A stretch of 63,981 nt of DNA, filler included. It is 6 parts of 6 records of this genome, joined end to end, with 100 filler letters (N's around TTAATTAATTAA, not from the genome) between each part and the next. Parts side by side here need not be neighbours in the genome. Positions count along the whole stretch, not along the records: positions 1 to 19,159 come from SRR20825006_2339; positions 19,260 to 27,613 come from SRR20825006_2344; 4 more parts are not named here. One strand, 5' to 3'. This document shows positions 10,101 to 19,324 of the stretch, piece by piece; position 1 is the stretch's first letter, and each line of letters starts with the position of its first letter. The position numbers and the translations under genes were made by a program. Under the pieces are notes generated by a model, which made no database searches, was not told where the DNA came from, and saw nothing but the letters and a program-made list of their open reading frames with translations.

Positions 10101-11421
10101 TCAGGTTAATTATGAGCAAAATAATGGGACCTATCTTCCTGGATATTTGCCTGGAGTAGGCTTTTTAGGTACGGTGCGACCTACAACAGCTTTTGTATTC
10201 GGAAGTCAGGCAGAGGTTAGAGATTATGCTGCGAGACAAGGTTGGCTTACCTTATACCAAGAATATAATGAGCAGTATAGCGAAGTTGAAAACCGAAATC
10301 TAGACATTCAGGCACAGACGAGTTTTCTTGAAGATCTTACGATTGACATTAATATGAATCGTATTTATCAGGAAACTTATAATGAAAACTATAGAGTAAA
10401 CCCGACGACTTTAGAGTACAATAGCCTTACCGGAAACACCTTAGGAAATTACAGTATTTCTACCTTAATGATCGGTACAGCGTTTAACTCGAGTTCGCTA
10501 GAATCATCGGCTAATTTTAATCGTTTCCGAAGCAATCGCCTTGTGATCGCTGAGCGTCTTGCAGAGGACTTTTATGGGAACGATCAGTACCCAAGAGATG
10601 AAAATGGCTATCCGGTAGGCTTTGGTCGCACAAGTCAGCGTGTATTGTTGCCCGCATTTTTATCGGCATACACGCCAGGGAATGCTTCAAATGTTTCTTT
10701 AGGCGCGTTTAGAAGTTTTCCGTTGCCCAACTGGAATTTAAAATACACAGGTTTGATGAAATTAGATTGGTTTAAAAAACGGTTTAAGCGTTTTTCAATC
10801 AATCACGGGTATCAGGCGGGTTATACGATCAATCAATTCCGTACAAATTTAAATTATGATCGGGATTTGAATAATGATCCTAGCGATGCGCAAACCAATC
10901 AGGCGGGAGACTTTTTGAACCCCACGTTGTATTCAAATATCAACTTAACCGAATTATTTTCTCCCTTGGTGCGACTGGATTTTGAGATGAATAATTCAGT
11001 AAAGATTTTAGCCGAATTGAGAAAAGATCGTACCCTGTCATTGAGTTTTGATAATAACTTGCTTACCGAAATTCACGGAAACGAATACATAATAGGGCTG
11101 GGATATCGACTAAAAGATATTAGATTTGCCACCAGAATTGCAGGACGACAAACCGTTTTAAAAAGTGATTTAAACTTTAGGGCAGACCTGTCGTTGCGGC
11201 AAAATGAGACCATTGTGCGTTATTTAGATCTTGAAAATAGTCAGATAACGGCCGGTCAGGATATTTATGGTTTGACATTTAAGGCAGATTACGCCTTGAG
11301 TAAAAACCTAACCGCGATCTTTTATTATGATCACGCGTTTGCCACGTATGCGATTTCAACCGCATACCCGCAAACCACCATACGTTCAGGAATAACATTA
11401 AGATATAATTTCGGAAATTAA
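4114..11421 (+). CDS. sprA: Type IX secretion system outer-membrane translocon SprA (Sov)
   Basis: 2435 aa, TTG start, signal peptide; FDFDQRI, IEVGNVSMPL, GINDFRSIRFMRMY, WFNELRL motifs; C-terminal LRYNFGN; ruvA-sprA-gcvH synteny typical of Flavobacteriaceae. Confidence 0.93.
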   Translation: MGTKLRWFSLQMLFISGTLLCSMPVFAQEEEQDSTQTGVSLGKLSLKNPNSIVAKYTYDPLTDKYIYTETLGQYNINYPRILTPDEFKELVKKERMKTYFQQKIAAVDGRTEEGKESQNGLLPIYYVESDFFESIFGGNTIEFTPQGSVEMDIGGLFTKQDNPSFSPRNRSNFSFDFDQRISLSLLGKVGSRLQVNAVYDTESTFNFQNQIKLEYTPNEDDIVQKIEVGNVSMPLNSALIQGSQSLFGVKTQLQFGKTTITGVFSEQQSQTNQVVAQGDGTIQDFDIYALEYDENRHYFLAQYFRDNYDRALANYPFINSNVQITRIEVWVTNRTQRFENTRNIVAIQDIGESDPAKIGLPTIPGGFVNLPAGAYPRNSSNDFNPFGIDGTGQSVLTSAIRDVATVQQGFGGVQVADGSDYVSLENARQLTAAEYTLNTQLGYISLNQRLNNDEVLAVAFQYTVNGEVYQVGEFANDGVDATSGAYADTDGDGVPDIVDVDPDGDGVNNNGQDTDGDQIADAADADQTNGSDINNDGILDSFITPGQGGTSQALVVKLLKSNITDVEEPIWDLMMKNIYGLGVGQLEADGFRMNIVYNSPSPINYITPAEGGPALPDDVANTPLLNVFNLDRLTQYGDPQVGGDGFFDFQEGITVNVQNGSIIFTSVEPFGEYLFDKLRTTAGENYENSDTYNANQRKYVYTSLYESTKTIAQDNADKNLFQLQGTFKSTQEEGIPIGAFNIPQGSVTVTAGGRVLQEGLDYSVDYARGRVIILDQALKGSGVPIQVSTENNALFGQQTKRFTGLNVEHQFNENFMIGGTLLNLNERPLTQKATYSFEPINNTIFGFNANYSTEVPFLTRLVNKLPNIDTDVPSNISVRGEVAYLIPGQPKATEFGGEAASYIDDFEGTQTSLDISSPLQWFLSSAPIDFGGELSNGDLRTGYQRAKLAWYTIDPIFYTSQRPDGITDADVSTYATRRVFRDEIFPEQDIIAGTTQALFTLDLAFYPGERGPYNYSLDAQDGILENPVENFGGIMRQFASTDFEQQNVEFIEFWVMDPFIYAENATNTGGRLTIDLGNISEDVLKDGRKQYENGLPQDGSASNTVATSWGKVPTNQALIYAFDTEGEQRTNQDVGYDGLSDDQEAVNFPEFAGLEDPSADNYQYFVAANGSVLNRYKNYNGLEGNSPVDVSQTDRGSTTVPDVEDFNRDFSMNTVDSYYEYQMEITPQSLDISNEFIVDQRDIEVTLQNGNTMPVTWYQFKIPISEPTGSKGGINDFRSIRFMRMYMSGWEDPTVLRFGAFDLVRGDYRRYLYTLDPDESDPSTENTRFEVTSVNIEENNNRNPIPYVLPPGVYREELINNNNNIRQNEQSLSLTVCDLETQDSRAVYKNFRLDMRQYENLEMFIHLESLINEVAIQENEMVAIIRMGTDLTSNFYQIELPLTPTAFGTTSPDLIWPEANQLKVPLDVLQTVKATFFNGNYNTLLDEITYFDEEGNPIADPAGTPYETGKVRVGIQGNPSFGDVRVLMLGLKNGNDEGRSTVCAEAWFNELRLSGLQNEGGWAGIVNMDANLADFATFSGTARQSTTGFGSIDAGPNQRAREDVKSYDVVTNVNLGQLLPQKWGIKVPFNYAKGVETITPQYDPLYTDLELDDRLASASSEAERERIKEIAIERTKRESINFIGVRKERTGDKKPMPWDIENFTFAYSHNQEEHKDFEIEQSVNKNVRAGATYTMAFQPKTVEPFKKNDSLFANKYWKLLKDFNFNYLPASVNISSNITRQFSQQRFRDILATEGSIPIPEYLQRNYQFDRNFTINFPVTKSLRINLDQYQNRVVRNYLNPDSSIDENAGGVYSQFFDVGTPDRHNQTMQLNYDLPVNKLPFLDFVKSTYSYSADFQWTRGSYQLQTLEGIPDLGNSVQNANTHALQTTLDMKTLYDAIGLSKKSAGPSSRSDRSRAVPTLGTPTQPKQQQEENTLSAGEKATNTLIGIATGIKRIQVNYEQNNGTYLPGYLPGVGFLGTVRPTTAFVFGSQAEVRDYAARQGWLTLYQEYNEQYSEVENRNLDIQAQTSFLEDLTIDINMNRIYQETYNENYRVNPTTLEYNSLTGNTLGNYSISTLMIGTAFNSSSLESSANFNRFRSNRLVIAERLAEDFYGNDQYPRDENGYPVGFGRTSQRVLLPAFLSAYTPGNASNVSLGAFRSFPLPNWNLKYTGLMKLDWFKKRFKRFSINHGYQAGYTINQFRTNLNYDRDLNNDPSDAQTNQAGDFLNPTLYSNINLTELFSPLVRLDFEMNNSVKILAELRKDRTLSLSFDNNLLTEIHGNEYIIGLGYRLKDIRFATRIAGRQTVLKSDLNFRADLSLRQNETIVRYLDLENSQITAGQDIYGLTFKADYALSKNLTAIFYYDHAFATYAISTAYPQTTIRSGITLRYNFGN
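5575..5733 (+). repeat. Four DxDGDG-type (thrombospondin type-3-like) acidic repeats within SprA
   Basis: Translates to DTDGDGVPD / DPDGDGVNN / DTDGDQIAD / DINNDGILD (aa ~488-540). Confidence 0.75.
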
Positions 11422-11433
11422 TTAACACTAACT

Positions 11434-11814
11434 ATGAGTTTACCAGCTGATTTAAAATATACAAAAGACCACGAGTGGGTGCGTATAGAAGGAGATGTTG
11501 CAACCGTGGGCATTACTGATTTTGCTCAGGGAGAATTAGGCGATATCGTTTATGTAGAAGTAGAAACCGAAGGGGAGACCTTAGATCGCGAAGAGGTTTT
11601 TGGTACGGTTGAGGCCGTAAAGACAGTTTCAGATTTATTTTTGCCGCTTACCGGTGAGATCATTGAATTCAATGCAGATCTTGAGTCTGAGCCCGAAGCA
11701 GTAAACGAAGACCCATACGGTAAAGGGTGGATGATAAAAATTAAATTTAGCGATGAGAGCGAATTAGAAACGCTTTTAGACGCATCTGCCTACCAAGAAA
11801 TTATAGGTGGTTAA
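11434..11814 (+). CDS. gcvH: Glycine cleavage system H protein
   Basis: [19 protein letters not shown], lipoyl-Lys motif [16 protein letters not shown]. Confidence 0.96.
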   Translation: MSLPADLKYTKDHEWVRIEGDVATVGITDFAQGELGDIVYVEVETEGETLDREEVFGTVEAVKTVSDLFLPLTGEIIEFNADLESEPEAVNEDPYGKGWMIKIKFSDESELETLLDASAYQEIIGG

Positions 11815-12193
11815 CCTTTTAAAAATTGCGGTTTACATCTATACGGCATTTATCGCATTTGTTTGTTTAATGCCCATGCCGCACATAAGTGATGCGCCAA
11901 AAGATAGCGACAAGATCGTTCATCTCTTGGCGTATACTTTTTTTGTAGGCCTGTGGTTTTTGTTTTTTTATTGTTTGAAGCAAAAAAAAGACAATTTTTT
12001 GCCTGCTTTGATAAAATCTTGCATACTTGCTTTTATTTATGGTATAATTATTGAGATTTTACAGGGTGAGTTAACAACCTCTAGGTCAGCAGATTTTAAT
12101 GATGTGTTAGCAAATAGTATTGGGATTGTAATAGGAATACTGCTTGTATTCCTCGCAAAAACTCAATTTATTAAGCTAAAATCAAAACTTTAA
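11807..12193 (+). CDS. VanZ-like family membrane protein
   Basis: DKIVH, IIEILQ and [14 protein letters not shown] motifs; GTG start overlapping the gcvH end. Confidence 0.85.
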   Translation: MVNLLKIAVYIYTAFIAFVCLMPMPHISDAPKDSDKIVHLLAYTFFVGLWFLFFYCLKQKKDNFLPALIKSCILAFIYGIIIEILQGELTTSRSADFNDVLANSIGIVIGILLVFLAKTQFIKLKSKL

Positions 12194-12250
12194 TTTCGAG
12201 TTGATACTATTTTTAATTAAATTAGCAATCCTTAATAACTAAAGATTCAC

Positions 12251-12979
12251 ATGGAACCTAAGAAAAATCCTAAAGCAGATCTAAGTAAAAGAAGTGTACT
12301 CTTCTTTCAGTTAGGTCTTATTCTGATACTCGGGCTGAGTTATTTGGCTATCGAGTGGAAGACGTATGAGAAAGAGGCCATTGATATCGGACAATTACAG
12401 ATGGACGATATGCTTGAAGAAGATGTGCCTATTACAGAGTTAAACACGCCACCTCCACCACCGCCACCTCCACCGCCACCACCGGCTCCCGAGCAAATCG
12501 AAGTTGTTGAGGATGATGTTGAAATCGAAGAAACTGTAATAGAATCTACTGAAACAAGTCAAGAGGAAGAGATTGTAGAGGTTGAAGAGGTTTCTTTTGA
12601 GGAAGAAGAGGTTATCGAAGATGTACCGTTTGCAGTAATCGAGAACGTACCGGTTTATCCTGGTTGCGAAGGAGAGAAAGGCAACGATGCAAAGAAAAAA
12701 TGTATGTCTGAGAAGATTAGCCAGTTTGTAAACCGAAAGTTTAATACTGAATTAGGTAGTGAACTAGGTTTATCTGGAATCAATCGTATTTATGTACGTT
12801 TTAAAATCGATCAAAAAGGAAACATCGTTGATATTGGATCACGTGGGCCGCACCCTCGTTTAGAGCAGGAAGCTGCACGTGTGATTAAACTATTGCCACA
12901 AATGACTCCTGGTATGCAGCGAGGAAAGGCAGTAGGGGTATTATACTCACTACCAATTGTGTTCCAAGTTCAGGATTAA
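12251..12979 (+). CDS. tonB: Energy transducer TonB
   Basis: N-terminal TM anchor, poly-Pro and acidic linker, TonB C-terminal domain (PVYPGC...PGMQRGKAVGVLYSLPIVF). Confidence 0.9.
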   Translation: MEPKKNPKADLSKRSVLFFQLGLILILGLSYLAIEWKTYEKEAIDIGQLQMDDMLEEDVPITELNTPPPPPPPPPPPPAPEQIEVVEDDVEIEETVIESTETSQEEEIVEVEEVSFEEEEVIEDVPFAVIENVPVYPGCEGEKGNDAKKKCMSEKISQFVNRKFNTELGSELGLSGINRIYVRFKIDQKGNIVDIGSRGPHPRLEQEAARVIKLLPQMTPGMQRGKAVGVLYSLPIVFQVQD

Positions 12980-13001
12980 TTCTTGAATACATAGAAAATT
13001 T

Positions 13002-13037
13002 AAAATCCCGTCCACGAAAGTGCGACGGGATTTTTTT
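13002..13037 (+). terminator. Rho-independent terminator after first tonB
   Basis: AAAATCCCGTC-cacgaaagtgc-GACGGGATTTT followed by T run. Confidence 0.8.
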
Positions 13038-13091
13038 GTGGCAAGCTTATTGTTAAAGTTTTATCGAATATTAATCATTAAAACTTTTCTT

Positions 13092-13868
13092 ATGAAAAAT
13101 TCACAAGAAAGCTCAAAAGTCGCTCGGCAAAGCGATAATCGAGCTACAAGCAAGCACGACGTAAATTTACGCAAAAACAATGTGGTCCATTTTCAAGTGG
13201 GATTGATCTTGGCTTTAATTTTAGCGATTATTGTTATTGAGCTGAAGTCCCCCTTGCTCGCTCAAGAACCGCCAAAAATGAATGATGTTGCTGTGGTTTC
13301 CTTTACTGACGATTGGAATGAGCCCATTCGTCGGGAGGTCAAAAAGCCTGAAGCGCCAAAACCGGTTGTAGTGTCTCTTGATGTTCCACCTATTGTAGAC
13401 GAGGAGTTGCCGGAGACTTTAGAACTTGAAATTGAAACTCCAGAGCCTACTTCAGAAGCGCCGGATCTTACCGATATTGAGCCTGTTCCTGACGATGAGC
13501 CTGTTGTATGGGTCCCTTTTATGGCTGTGGAAACTGTTCCTGTTTTTCCGGGTTGTGAGGGGTTAAAGAGCAATGCAGAACGCAAAGCCTGTATGCAAGA
13601 AAAAATGAATGCACACATCAGTAAAAATTTTGATACTTCTTTAGGCGATAAGTTTGGTCTAAAGGGAATGAACAAAGTAGATGTGCAGTTTACCATTGAT
13701 GAGTATGGTGAAATTATTGATCTGCAAACACGAGCACCACATCCTGCTCTAGAGAAGGAAGCTATACGTGTTATGGAAAAACTCCCTTCAATGGAACCGG
13801 GAAAGCAAAGAGATCGCAAAGTGCGTGTAATTTACTCTCAACCCATTTGGTTTAAAGTTCAGAATTAA
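13092..13868 (+). CDS. tonB: Energy transducer TonB paralogue
   Basis: TM anchor, Pro/Glu-rich linker, PVFPGC...PGKQRDRKVRVIYSQPIWF; start moved to ATG 13092 because the ORF-track start lies inside the upstream terminator. Confidence 0.85.
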   Translation: MKNSQESSKVARQSDNRATSKHDVNLRKNNVVHFQVGLILALILAIIVIELKSPLLAQEPPKMNDVAVVSFTDDWNEPIRREVKKPEAPKPVVVSLDVPPIVDEELPETLELEIETPEPTSEAPDLTDIEPVPDDEPVVWVPFMAVETVPVFPGCEGLKSNAERKACMQEKMNAHISKNFDTSLGDKFGLKGMNKVDVQFTIDEYGEIIDLQTRAPHPALEKEAIRVMEKLPSMEPGKQRDRKVRVIYSQPIWFKVQN

Positions 13869-13890
13869 ATGATATAGAACTACCTTGATC

Positions 13891-13924
13891 AAAGGCGTCT
13901 GCAACTTGTTGCAGACGCTTTTTT
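13891..13924 (+). terminator. Rho-independent terminator after second tonB
   Basis: GCGTCTGCAAC-tt-GTTGCAGACGC followed by TTTTTT. Confidence 0.85.
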
Positions 13925-14005
13925 GTTTTTAGCAGTCTTCACTTTATCCGGCTCAGCTGCTTTTTAAAAAAATACTATCTTTCGTCTCCTAAATCTTTTG
14001 AGTCC

Positions 14006-16114
14006 ATGTCATTAAAGACTTTTGCTTTTGGTTGCGTATTGCTTATTTCAACTACAGGAATAGCGCAACTCATAAGCGGCAATTTTGAAAAATATCCTGT
14101 TTTTAGTTCGTGTGAGACGGTTGCTGCTGCAGATTCTAAAGACTGTTTTAATCAAACCCTTATCGCAAAAATAAAGACGGAGTTTAAGATTCCACAGGAT
14201 ATTTTAGACACCAACTATAAGGGAGATATGGTTGTGCTTTTTGAGGTGACAAAAGATGGGGTATTTAAGGTGATCAATATTACTGCAGTATCTGAAGCTT
14301 TGCGCGAAGAACTTAAGCGTGTTTTTGATGAGCTTCCCAAAGTGAAGCCGGCGACCTATAATGGTAGGCCTACCTATATGCAGTTTAGTATGCCTATTCC
14401 TGTTCCTGAAGGGCTTCGGTCTGCGGCAGATTCTTTAGAGGTTAACAATAAATCTTTCGGGGTAACACCGGTGCAGGATCTGGAATCTGAATACGACGCA
14501 ATTAAAACCTTTCCTTTTAAAAATAGAGAATACAACTCTGAGTTGTACATACCTTTTTCGCATCAGACCTACAGCAGATTTGATAAAGAGATGAATGCTG
14601 TTGGTACTAATGCGCATACTGCAGGGAAGCCTTTTATTTATTCCGAGGTTAATAAATATTATGCCTTTAAAGAGAAGCGCGAAATCCTGTATAAGGATAA
14701 GGCGTCTTGGTTTGGTCGTAAATTATGGAATGAACATATGGTGACGTTGCAGGGAGAAGACTACTGGTTTACGCTTGATCCAGCAGCAGATTTACAGTTG
14801 GGTTTTGAAACCGCAGATAACGAAGATCAAAGTTTCACTTATAATAATACGCGGGCTTTAATTTTTCAAGGCGGACTAGGAGAGAAGCTCAATTTTTATA
14901 CGGTCTTTTATGAGAGTCAAGGTACGTTTGCGGGTTATTTTAACCGCTATGCGCGTTCTATTGCTCCAGACGGCGGTAATCCTGCGATTGTGCCGGGAAG
15001 GGGCGTAGCTGCAGAAGCTGCTGACGGTAATTTTGACTATCCGGTTGCAGAGGCGTATTTGTCATATTCACCTAGTAAATACTTCAATTTTCAATTTGGT
15101 CACGGTAAAAATTTTATTGGTGATGGTTACCGCTCATTACTTTTAAGTGATAATGCGAGTCCGTATCCCTTTTTTAAAATGAGTACTAGCTTTTGGAAAT
15201 TTAAATACACCAACACGTGGATGTCTTTAAGAGATGTGCGCTCTGATGTGGTTGAGAATGGTTCTTTTAAAACCAAATTCATGGCCAATCACTACCTGAG
15301 TTTTAATGCGACCAAGCGATTAAATATAGGTCTCTTTGAGAATGTGATTTGGACTAACGATAACGATCGTGGTTTTGATCTTAATTATTTGAATCCTATT
15401 ATTTTTTATCGGGCCATTGAATTTTCTACGGGTTCTCGTGGCGGAAATGCCATAATAGGTTTGAGTGCGAAGTATAAATTCAGCAATCAGTTTAATGCAT
15501 ACGCACAGGTGATCATAGATGAATTTTCTACAGGAGCCGTTTTTAGTTCTACTAAAAGTTTTCAGAACAAGCAGGGCGTTCAGTTAGGGGTGAAATATTA
15601 TGATGCGTTTAATGTAGACAACCTGCAACTGCAACTGGAGTTTAATCAAGTTCGGCCTTATGTGTACAGCAATAATGAGATCATTTTAAATTATGGTCAC
15701 AACAACCAGTCGATGGCGCATTTGTGGGGAGCGAATTTTAGAGAGCTCATTGCTATTGCACGCTATCAAAATGATCGCTGGTACGGTACCGCTAAAGCCA
15801 TTTATGGAAAACGTGGTTTTGAGATAGGGGATATTGATGATGTTTATTATGGAGGAAGCATCTACGGAAATGATGAAAATATCCCGAGTGAATTTGGTAT
15901 TGAAATCGGTCAAGGGAATACCGCAACAACGCTCATTGGTAATTTAGAGTTGGGCTATATTGTAAATCCTTCAACCAATTTTAAATGCTACGCTAATGTG
16001 CTCTACCGAAACCACACGATAGATCAATTTGATCCCGTGAACCTTGAGGAAAGTACGGTCTGGGTGAATTTTGGTATTCGTACAGATATTTTTAACTGGT
16101 ATTTTGATTATTAA
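14006..16114 (+). CDS. RemB-like outer-membrane protein with N-terminal TonB-C-like domain
   Basis: Signal peptide; N-terminal YPVFSSC...KDCF...PATYNGRPTYMQFSMPI resembles TonB CTD; C-terminal barrel-like region with GHGKNFIGDGYRSLLLSDN and terminal aromatic residue; matches what I recall as the flavobacterial 'gliding motility protein RemB' annotation. Confidence 0.6.
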   Translation: MSLKTFAFGCVLLISTTGIAQLISGNFEKYPVFSSCETVAAADSKDCFNQTLIAKIKTEFKIPQDILDTNYKGDMVVLFEVTKDGVFKVINITAVSEALREELKRVFDELPKVKPATYNGRPTYMQFSMPIPVPEGLRSAADSLEVNNKSFGVTPVQDLESEYDAIKTFPFKNREYNSELYIPFSHQTYSRFDKEMNAVGTNAHTAGKPFIYSEVNKYYAFKEKREILYKDKASWFGRKLWNEHMVTLQGEDYWFTLDPAADLQLGFETADNEDQSFTYNNTRALIFQGGLGEKLNFYTVFYESQGTFAGYFNRYARSIAPDGGNPAIVPGRGVAAEAADGNFDYPVAEAYLSYSPSKYFNFQFGHGKNFIGDGYRSLLLSDNASPYPFFKMSTSFWKFKYTNTWMSLRDVRSDVVENGSFKTKFMANHYLSFNATKRLNIGLFENVIWTNDNDRGFDLNYLNPIIFYRAIEFSTGSRGGNAIIGLSAKYKFSNQFNAYAQVIIDEFSTGAVFSSTKSFQNKQGVQLGVKYYDAFNVDNLQLQLEFNQVRPYVYSNNEIILNYGHNNQSMAHLWGANFRELIAIARYQNDRWYGTAKAIYGKRGFEIGDIDDVYYGGSIYGNDENIPSEFGIEIGQGNTATTLIGNLELGYIVNPSTNFKCYANVLYRNHTIDQFDPVNLEESTVWVNFGIRTDIFNWYFDY

Positions 16115-16124
16115 ACTATTACAA

Positions 16125-16526
16125 ATGAAAGCAGCACTTTTAGGATTACTTATTATGTTGAGTACTCTTGCAACATCTTGCAAAAACGAAACAACGCCTA
16201 TGAAAGAATTTGATACCAATTTTGCTCATGTAGTGTATTTCTGGTTGAAAAACCCAGAAAGTCAACAAGATCGAAGCGCTTTTGAAGCTTCTTTGAAGAA
16301 ATTTTTAAGTACCAGTGATTATGCGCAAACTCAATTTATAGGTACGCCGGCCAATACGCCTCGAGAGGTGGTTGACAATAGCTGGACGTATTCTATCATT
16401 TTAACTTTTCCATCTAAAGAAATTCAGAATAAGTATCAGCAAGAACCTGTACACCTCAAATTTATCGAAGAGTCTGAGGCTCTTTGGGAGCGCGTTCAGG
16501 TTTATGATGCTGTTGGTTTAGAGTGA
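16125..16526 (+). CDS. Dabb family (stress-responsive A/B barrel) lipoprotein
   Basis: Lipobox LATSC after ATG 16125; FAHVVYFWLK and YQQEPVHLKF motifs. Confidence 0.8.
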   Translation: MKAALLGLLIMLSTLATSCKNETTPMKEFDTNFAHVVYFWLKNPESQQDRSAFEASLKKFLSTSDYAQTQFIGTPANTPREVVDNSWTYSIILTFPSKEIQNKYQQEPVHLKFIEESEALWERVQVYDAVGLE

Positions 16527-16677
16527 TTTGCCAAGGGTAATTGACCTGTATTTTTTATGAAAACATACCCGGTTTTCAGTTAAGACCTTTTATTTCATTC
16601 TCATCTAAAACGGTGCTTTGTTGAGCGTTTATATTAAGTGTTGATTTGGTTGTGTAAAAGCACTTCGTGCAGTATCT

Positions 16678-17607
16678 TTGCACGACTTTTTAAAGCCCTT
16701 GAATAACACACTTTTGAGCCTCGTAGAAACCCATAAATCACCTTCATCTATCTGGATTGATTTTAAAGAAATCACTAAGATGCGGCTTGCCATTAGCGTG
16801 GTTTTTTCTAGTATGGCAGGTTATCTCCTGGGGGCTTACACTATAGATTGGGCTACTATTGTGATGCTTGCTGTTGGTGGATATTTAATGGTGGGCGCTT
16901 CTAATGCTTATAATCAGATTTTAGAAAAAGACCTCGATGCCTTAATGGATCGCACCAAAAATCGCCCGGTACCTTCCGGTCGAATGTCAGTGCGTACTGC
17001 TTTTGTGATCGCTTGCGTTTTTACTATTCTGGGATTGGTGACACTGTATTATATCAATCCTATTACCGCAGTTTTTGGAGGGATTTCAATATTTCTATAC
17101 GTTTGTGTGTATACGCCTTTAAAGACTAAAACACCACTTTCTGTATTTGTAGGAGCATTTCCTGGGGCTATTCCATTTATGATGGGCTGGGTTGCCGCAA
17201 CAGGTGATTTTGGTATCGAAGCCGGAACCTTATTTATGCTTCAGTTTTTTTGGCAATTTCCGCATTTCTGGGCAATCGGTTGGTTTTTGTACGAAGATTA
17301 TAAAAAAGGCGGGTTCTTTATGTTACCTACCGGAAGACAAGATCGTGGTACGGCCGTGCAGGTGGTTTTGTACACGATCTGGACGATATTAGTTTCTCTA
17401 ATTCCTGTTTTTGGCGTCACCGGCAGGTTGTATTTAACACCTGTATCGGCGGTGTTGGTGGGAATTTTAGGTCTTGTGCTTTTATACTATGCCATTCGGT
17501 TATTCAGATTTAAAAATAATGTTACAGCAAAACGATTGATGTTGTCAAGTGTAAGTTATATCACCTTGATTCAGATCATTTATGTGGCTGATAAATTTTT
17601 GAGATAA
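16678..17607 (+). CDS. cyoE: Protoheme IX farnesyltransferase (heme o synthase)
   Basis: DALMDRTKNRPVPSGR, YTPLK, GAFPGAIP, FWQFPHFWAI; true start probably a few codons downstream, since TATCTTTG (-7 element) overlaps 16673-16680. Confidence 0.93.
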   Translation: MHDFLKPLNNTLLSLVETHKSPSSIWIDFKEITKMRLAISVVFSSMAGYLLGAYTIDWATIVMLAVGGYLMVGASNAYNQILEKDLDALMDRTKNRPVPSGRMSVRTAFVIACVFTILGLVTLYYINPITAVFGGISIFLYVCVYTPLKTKTPLSVFVGAFPGAIPFMMGWVAATGDFGIEAGTLFMLQFFWQFPHFWAIGWFLYEDYKKGGFFMLPTGRQDRGTAVQVVLYTIWTILVSLIPVFGVTGRLYLTPVSAVLVGILGLVLLYYAIRLFRFKNNVTAKRLMLSSVSYITLIQIIYVADKFLR

Positions 17608-18200
17608 TGGATTATACTTCACAATCAGAACAAACCAAAATTGCACGTTCTAAAAAGATGATGCTATGGTTTGGAATTATTAGTCTTTCCATGATGTTTG
17701 CCGGCTTGACTAGTGCATACATTGTAAGTAGTGAGCGTCGTGATTGGTTGCGTGATTTTGAATTGCCACAGGCGTTTTACATCAGTACATTTATAATTAT
17801 ACTTAGTAGTTTGACTATGCTTGTTGCCAAGCAAGCAGTTAAAGCGAGTAAGAAAGGCTTAGCGACTATAATGCTGCTCCTCACACTAGGCCTGGGGATT
17901 GCCTTTGTGGTTTACCAGTTCATAGGTTTTGATCAGATTATTGCTAACGGTTATTTCTTTACCGGAAGTGAAAGCACCGTGACCACTTCTTTTATTTATG
18001 CTTTTGTAATTAGTCATATTGTGCACGTTGCAGCCGGATTAATAGTGTTGTTGGTCGTGATCGTGCAGCAATTGCGCAGGAAGTATACTAAAGATCAGAT
18101 GCTTGGTTTATCTTTAGGGGCGACCTTCTGGCATTTTGTAGATATTCTCTGGGTCTACCTCTTCTTGTTTTTCATATTTGCAGACGATTTAATTCATTAA
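17607..18200 (+). CDS. Cytochrome c oxidase subunit III family protein
   Basis: MMFAGLTSAY, SHIVHV, FWHFVDILWVYLFLF. Confidence 0.9.
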   Translation: MDYTSQSEQTKIARSKKMMLWFGIISLSMMFAGLTSAYIVSSERRDWLRDFELPQAFYISTFIIILSSLTMLVAKQAVKASKKGLATIMLLLTLGLGIAFVVYQFIGFDQIIANGYFFTGSESTVTTSFIYAFVISHIVHVAAGLIVLLVVIVQQLRRKYTKDQMLGLSLGATFWHFVDILWVYLFLFFIFADDLIH

Positions 18201-18331
18201 CATTTGATCTCGCAAATACTAAGAATTCTTAAAAATTCTTTTTTTTGAATGGTTATAAATACCGATTATTGCTTTGAAAAGCATTTTTAAAATACCTATT
18301 TTTGCAACGCTTATAAACCCGATATTAAAAT

Positions 18332-19159
18332 ATGGACGCTACTGCTGTTAAAACAGGCACAGAAGGCAAAATTTGGGGAGGTGGAGAAGCTCAACCTCTC
18401 AAAGCTAGCTACGGAAAGATGATGATGTGGTTTTTCATTCTTTCTGATGCACTTACCTTTTCAGGATTTCTTGCCGCTTATGGATTTTCTAGATTTAAAT
18501 TTGTTAACCAGTGGCCTATAGCCGATGAAGTGTTTACACACTTTCCGTTTTTACATGGTGTTGATGCACCAATGTATTATGTGGCGTTAATGACTTTCAT
18601 ATTGATCTTTTCATCGGTAACTATGGTTCTTGCAGTTGATGCAGGGCACCATATGAAAAAGAACAAAGTAATATGGTATATGTTCTTTACCATTTTAGGT
18701 GGTTTTATATTCGTAGGTTCTCAAGCTTGGGAATGGGCGAATTTCATCTCAGGTGAGTATGGAGCAATTGAAACTAAAGGAGGTAAAATACTTCAAGTAG
18801 TTAATGCTGAAGGTGAGCAAGTAGCTCTAGAAAGTTTTGCTGTAGAATTACCAAGTGCCAGAACACAGCTTACCAAGAGCGAAGCATTGTGGTACGAGTC
18901 AGAAAGTTCTATGCCTGATTTTGATCTTGCAGAAGTAGTTGAAGGCTTCAAAGCAAATCCTGATCTATTAATTCGCACGCAATTACTTACCGAAGCAGGT
19001 GAGAAAACTATTCTTTCTCGTGAAGAGTCTCTTGCAAAATTAGAAAATGACGCAATGGGTGTTGTTCAGGGTGCAAACCTTATTCATAATGAGTACGGTC
19101 CACCACTTTTTGCAGACTTCTTTTTCTTCATCACAGGATTTCACGGATTCCACGTATTC
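18332..19159 (+). CDS. Cytochrome c oxidase subunit III family protein (second), 3'-truncated by contig end
   Basis: GKMMMWFFILSDALTF, QAWEW, FFFITGFHGFHV; runs into N linker. Confidence 0.88.
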
Positions 19160-19259
19160 NNNNNNNNNNNNNNNNNNNNNNNNNNNNNNNNNNNNNNNNN
19201 NNNTTAATTAATTAANNNNNNNNNNNNNNNNNNNNNNNNNNNNNNNNNNNNNNNNNNNN
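19160..19259. other. Artificial contig linker (N44-TTAATTAATTAA-N44)
   Basis: 100-nt N run with a six-frame stop cassette; base composition and gene content change across it. Confidence 0.97.
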
Positions 19260-19324
19260 TTGACAACTATAAATTACTTTTTAGATAGCCACTTTTATGT
19301 ATTCTTGGCTTTTAAATATAATCC

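Noticed and set aside
12448-12484. CCN triplet repeat in tonB
   Set aside because: Encodes the normal poly-proline periplasmic linker of TonB
17607-19159. Two adjacent cox3-like genes as a duplication anomaly
   Set aside because: Split/paired subunit III genes after cyoE are the normal flavobacterial arrangement
19204-19215. TTAATTAATTAA recurring five times as a possible repeat or att site
   Set aside because: Always embedded in N runs of identical length; assembly linker
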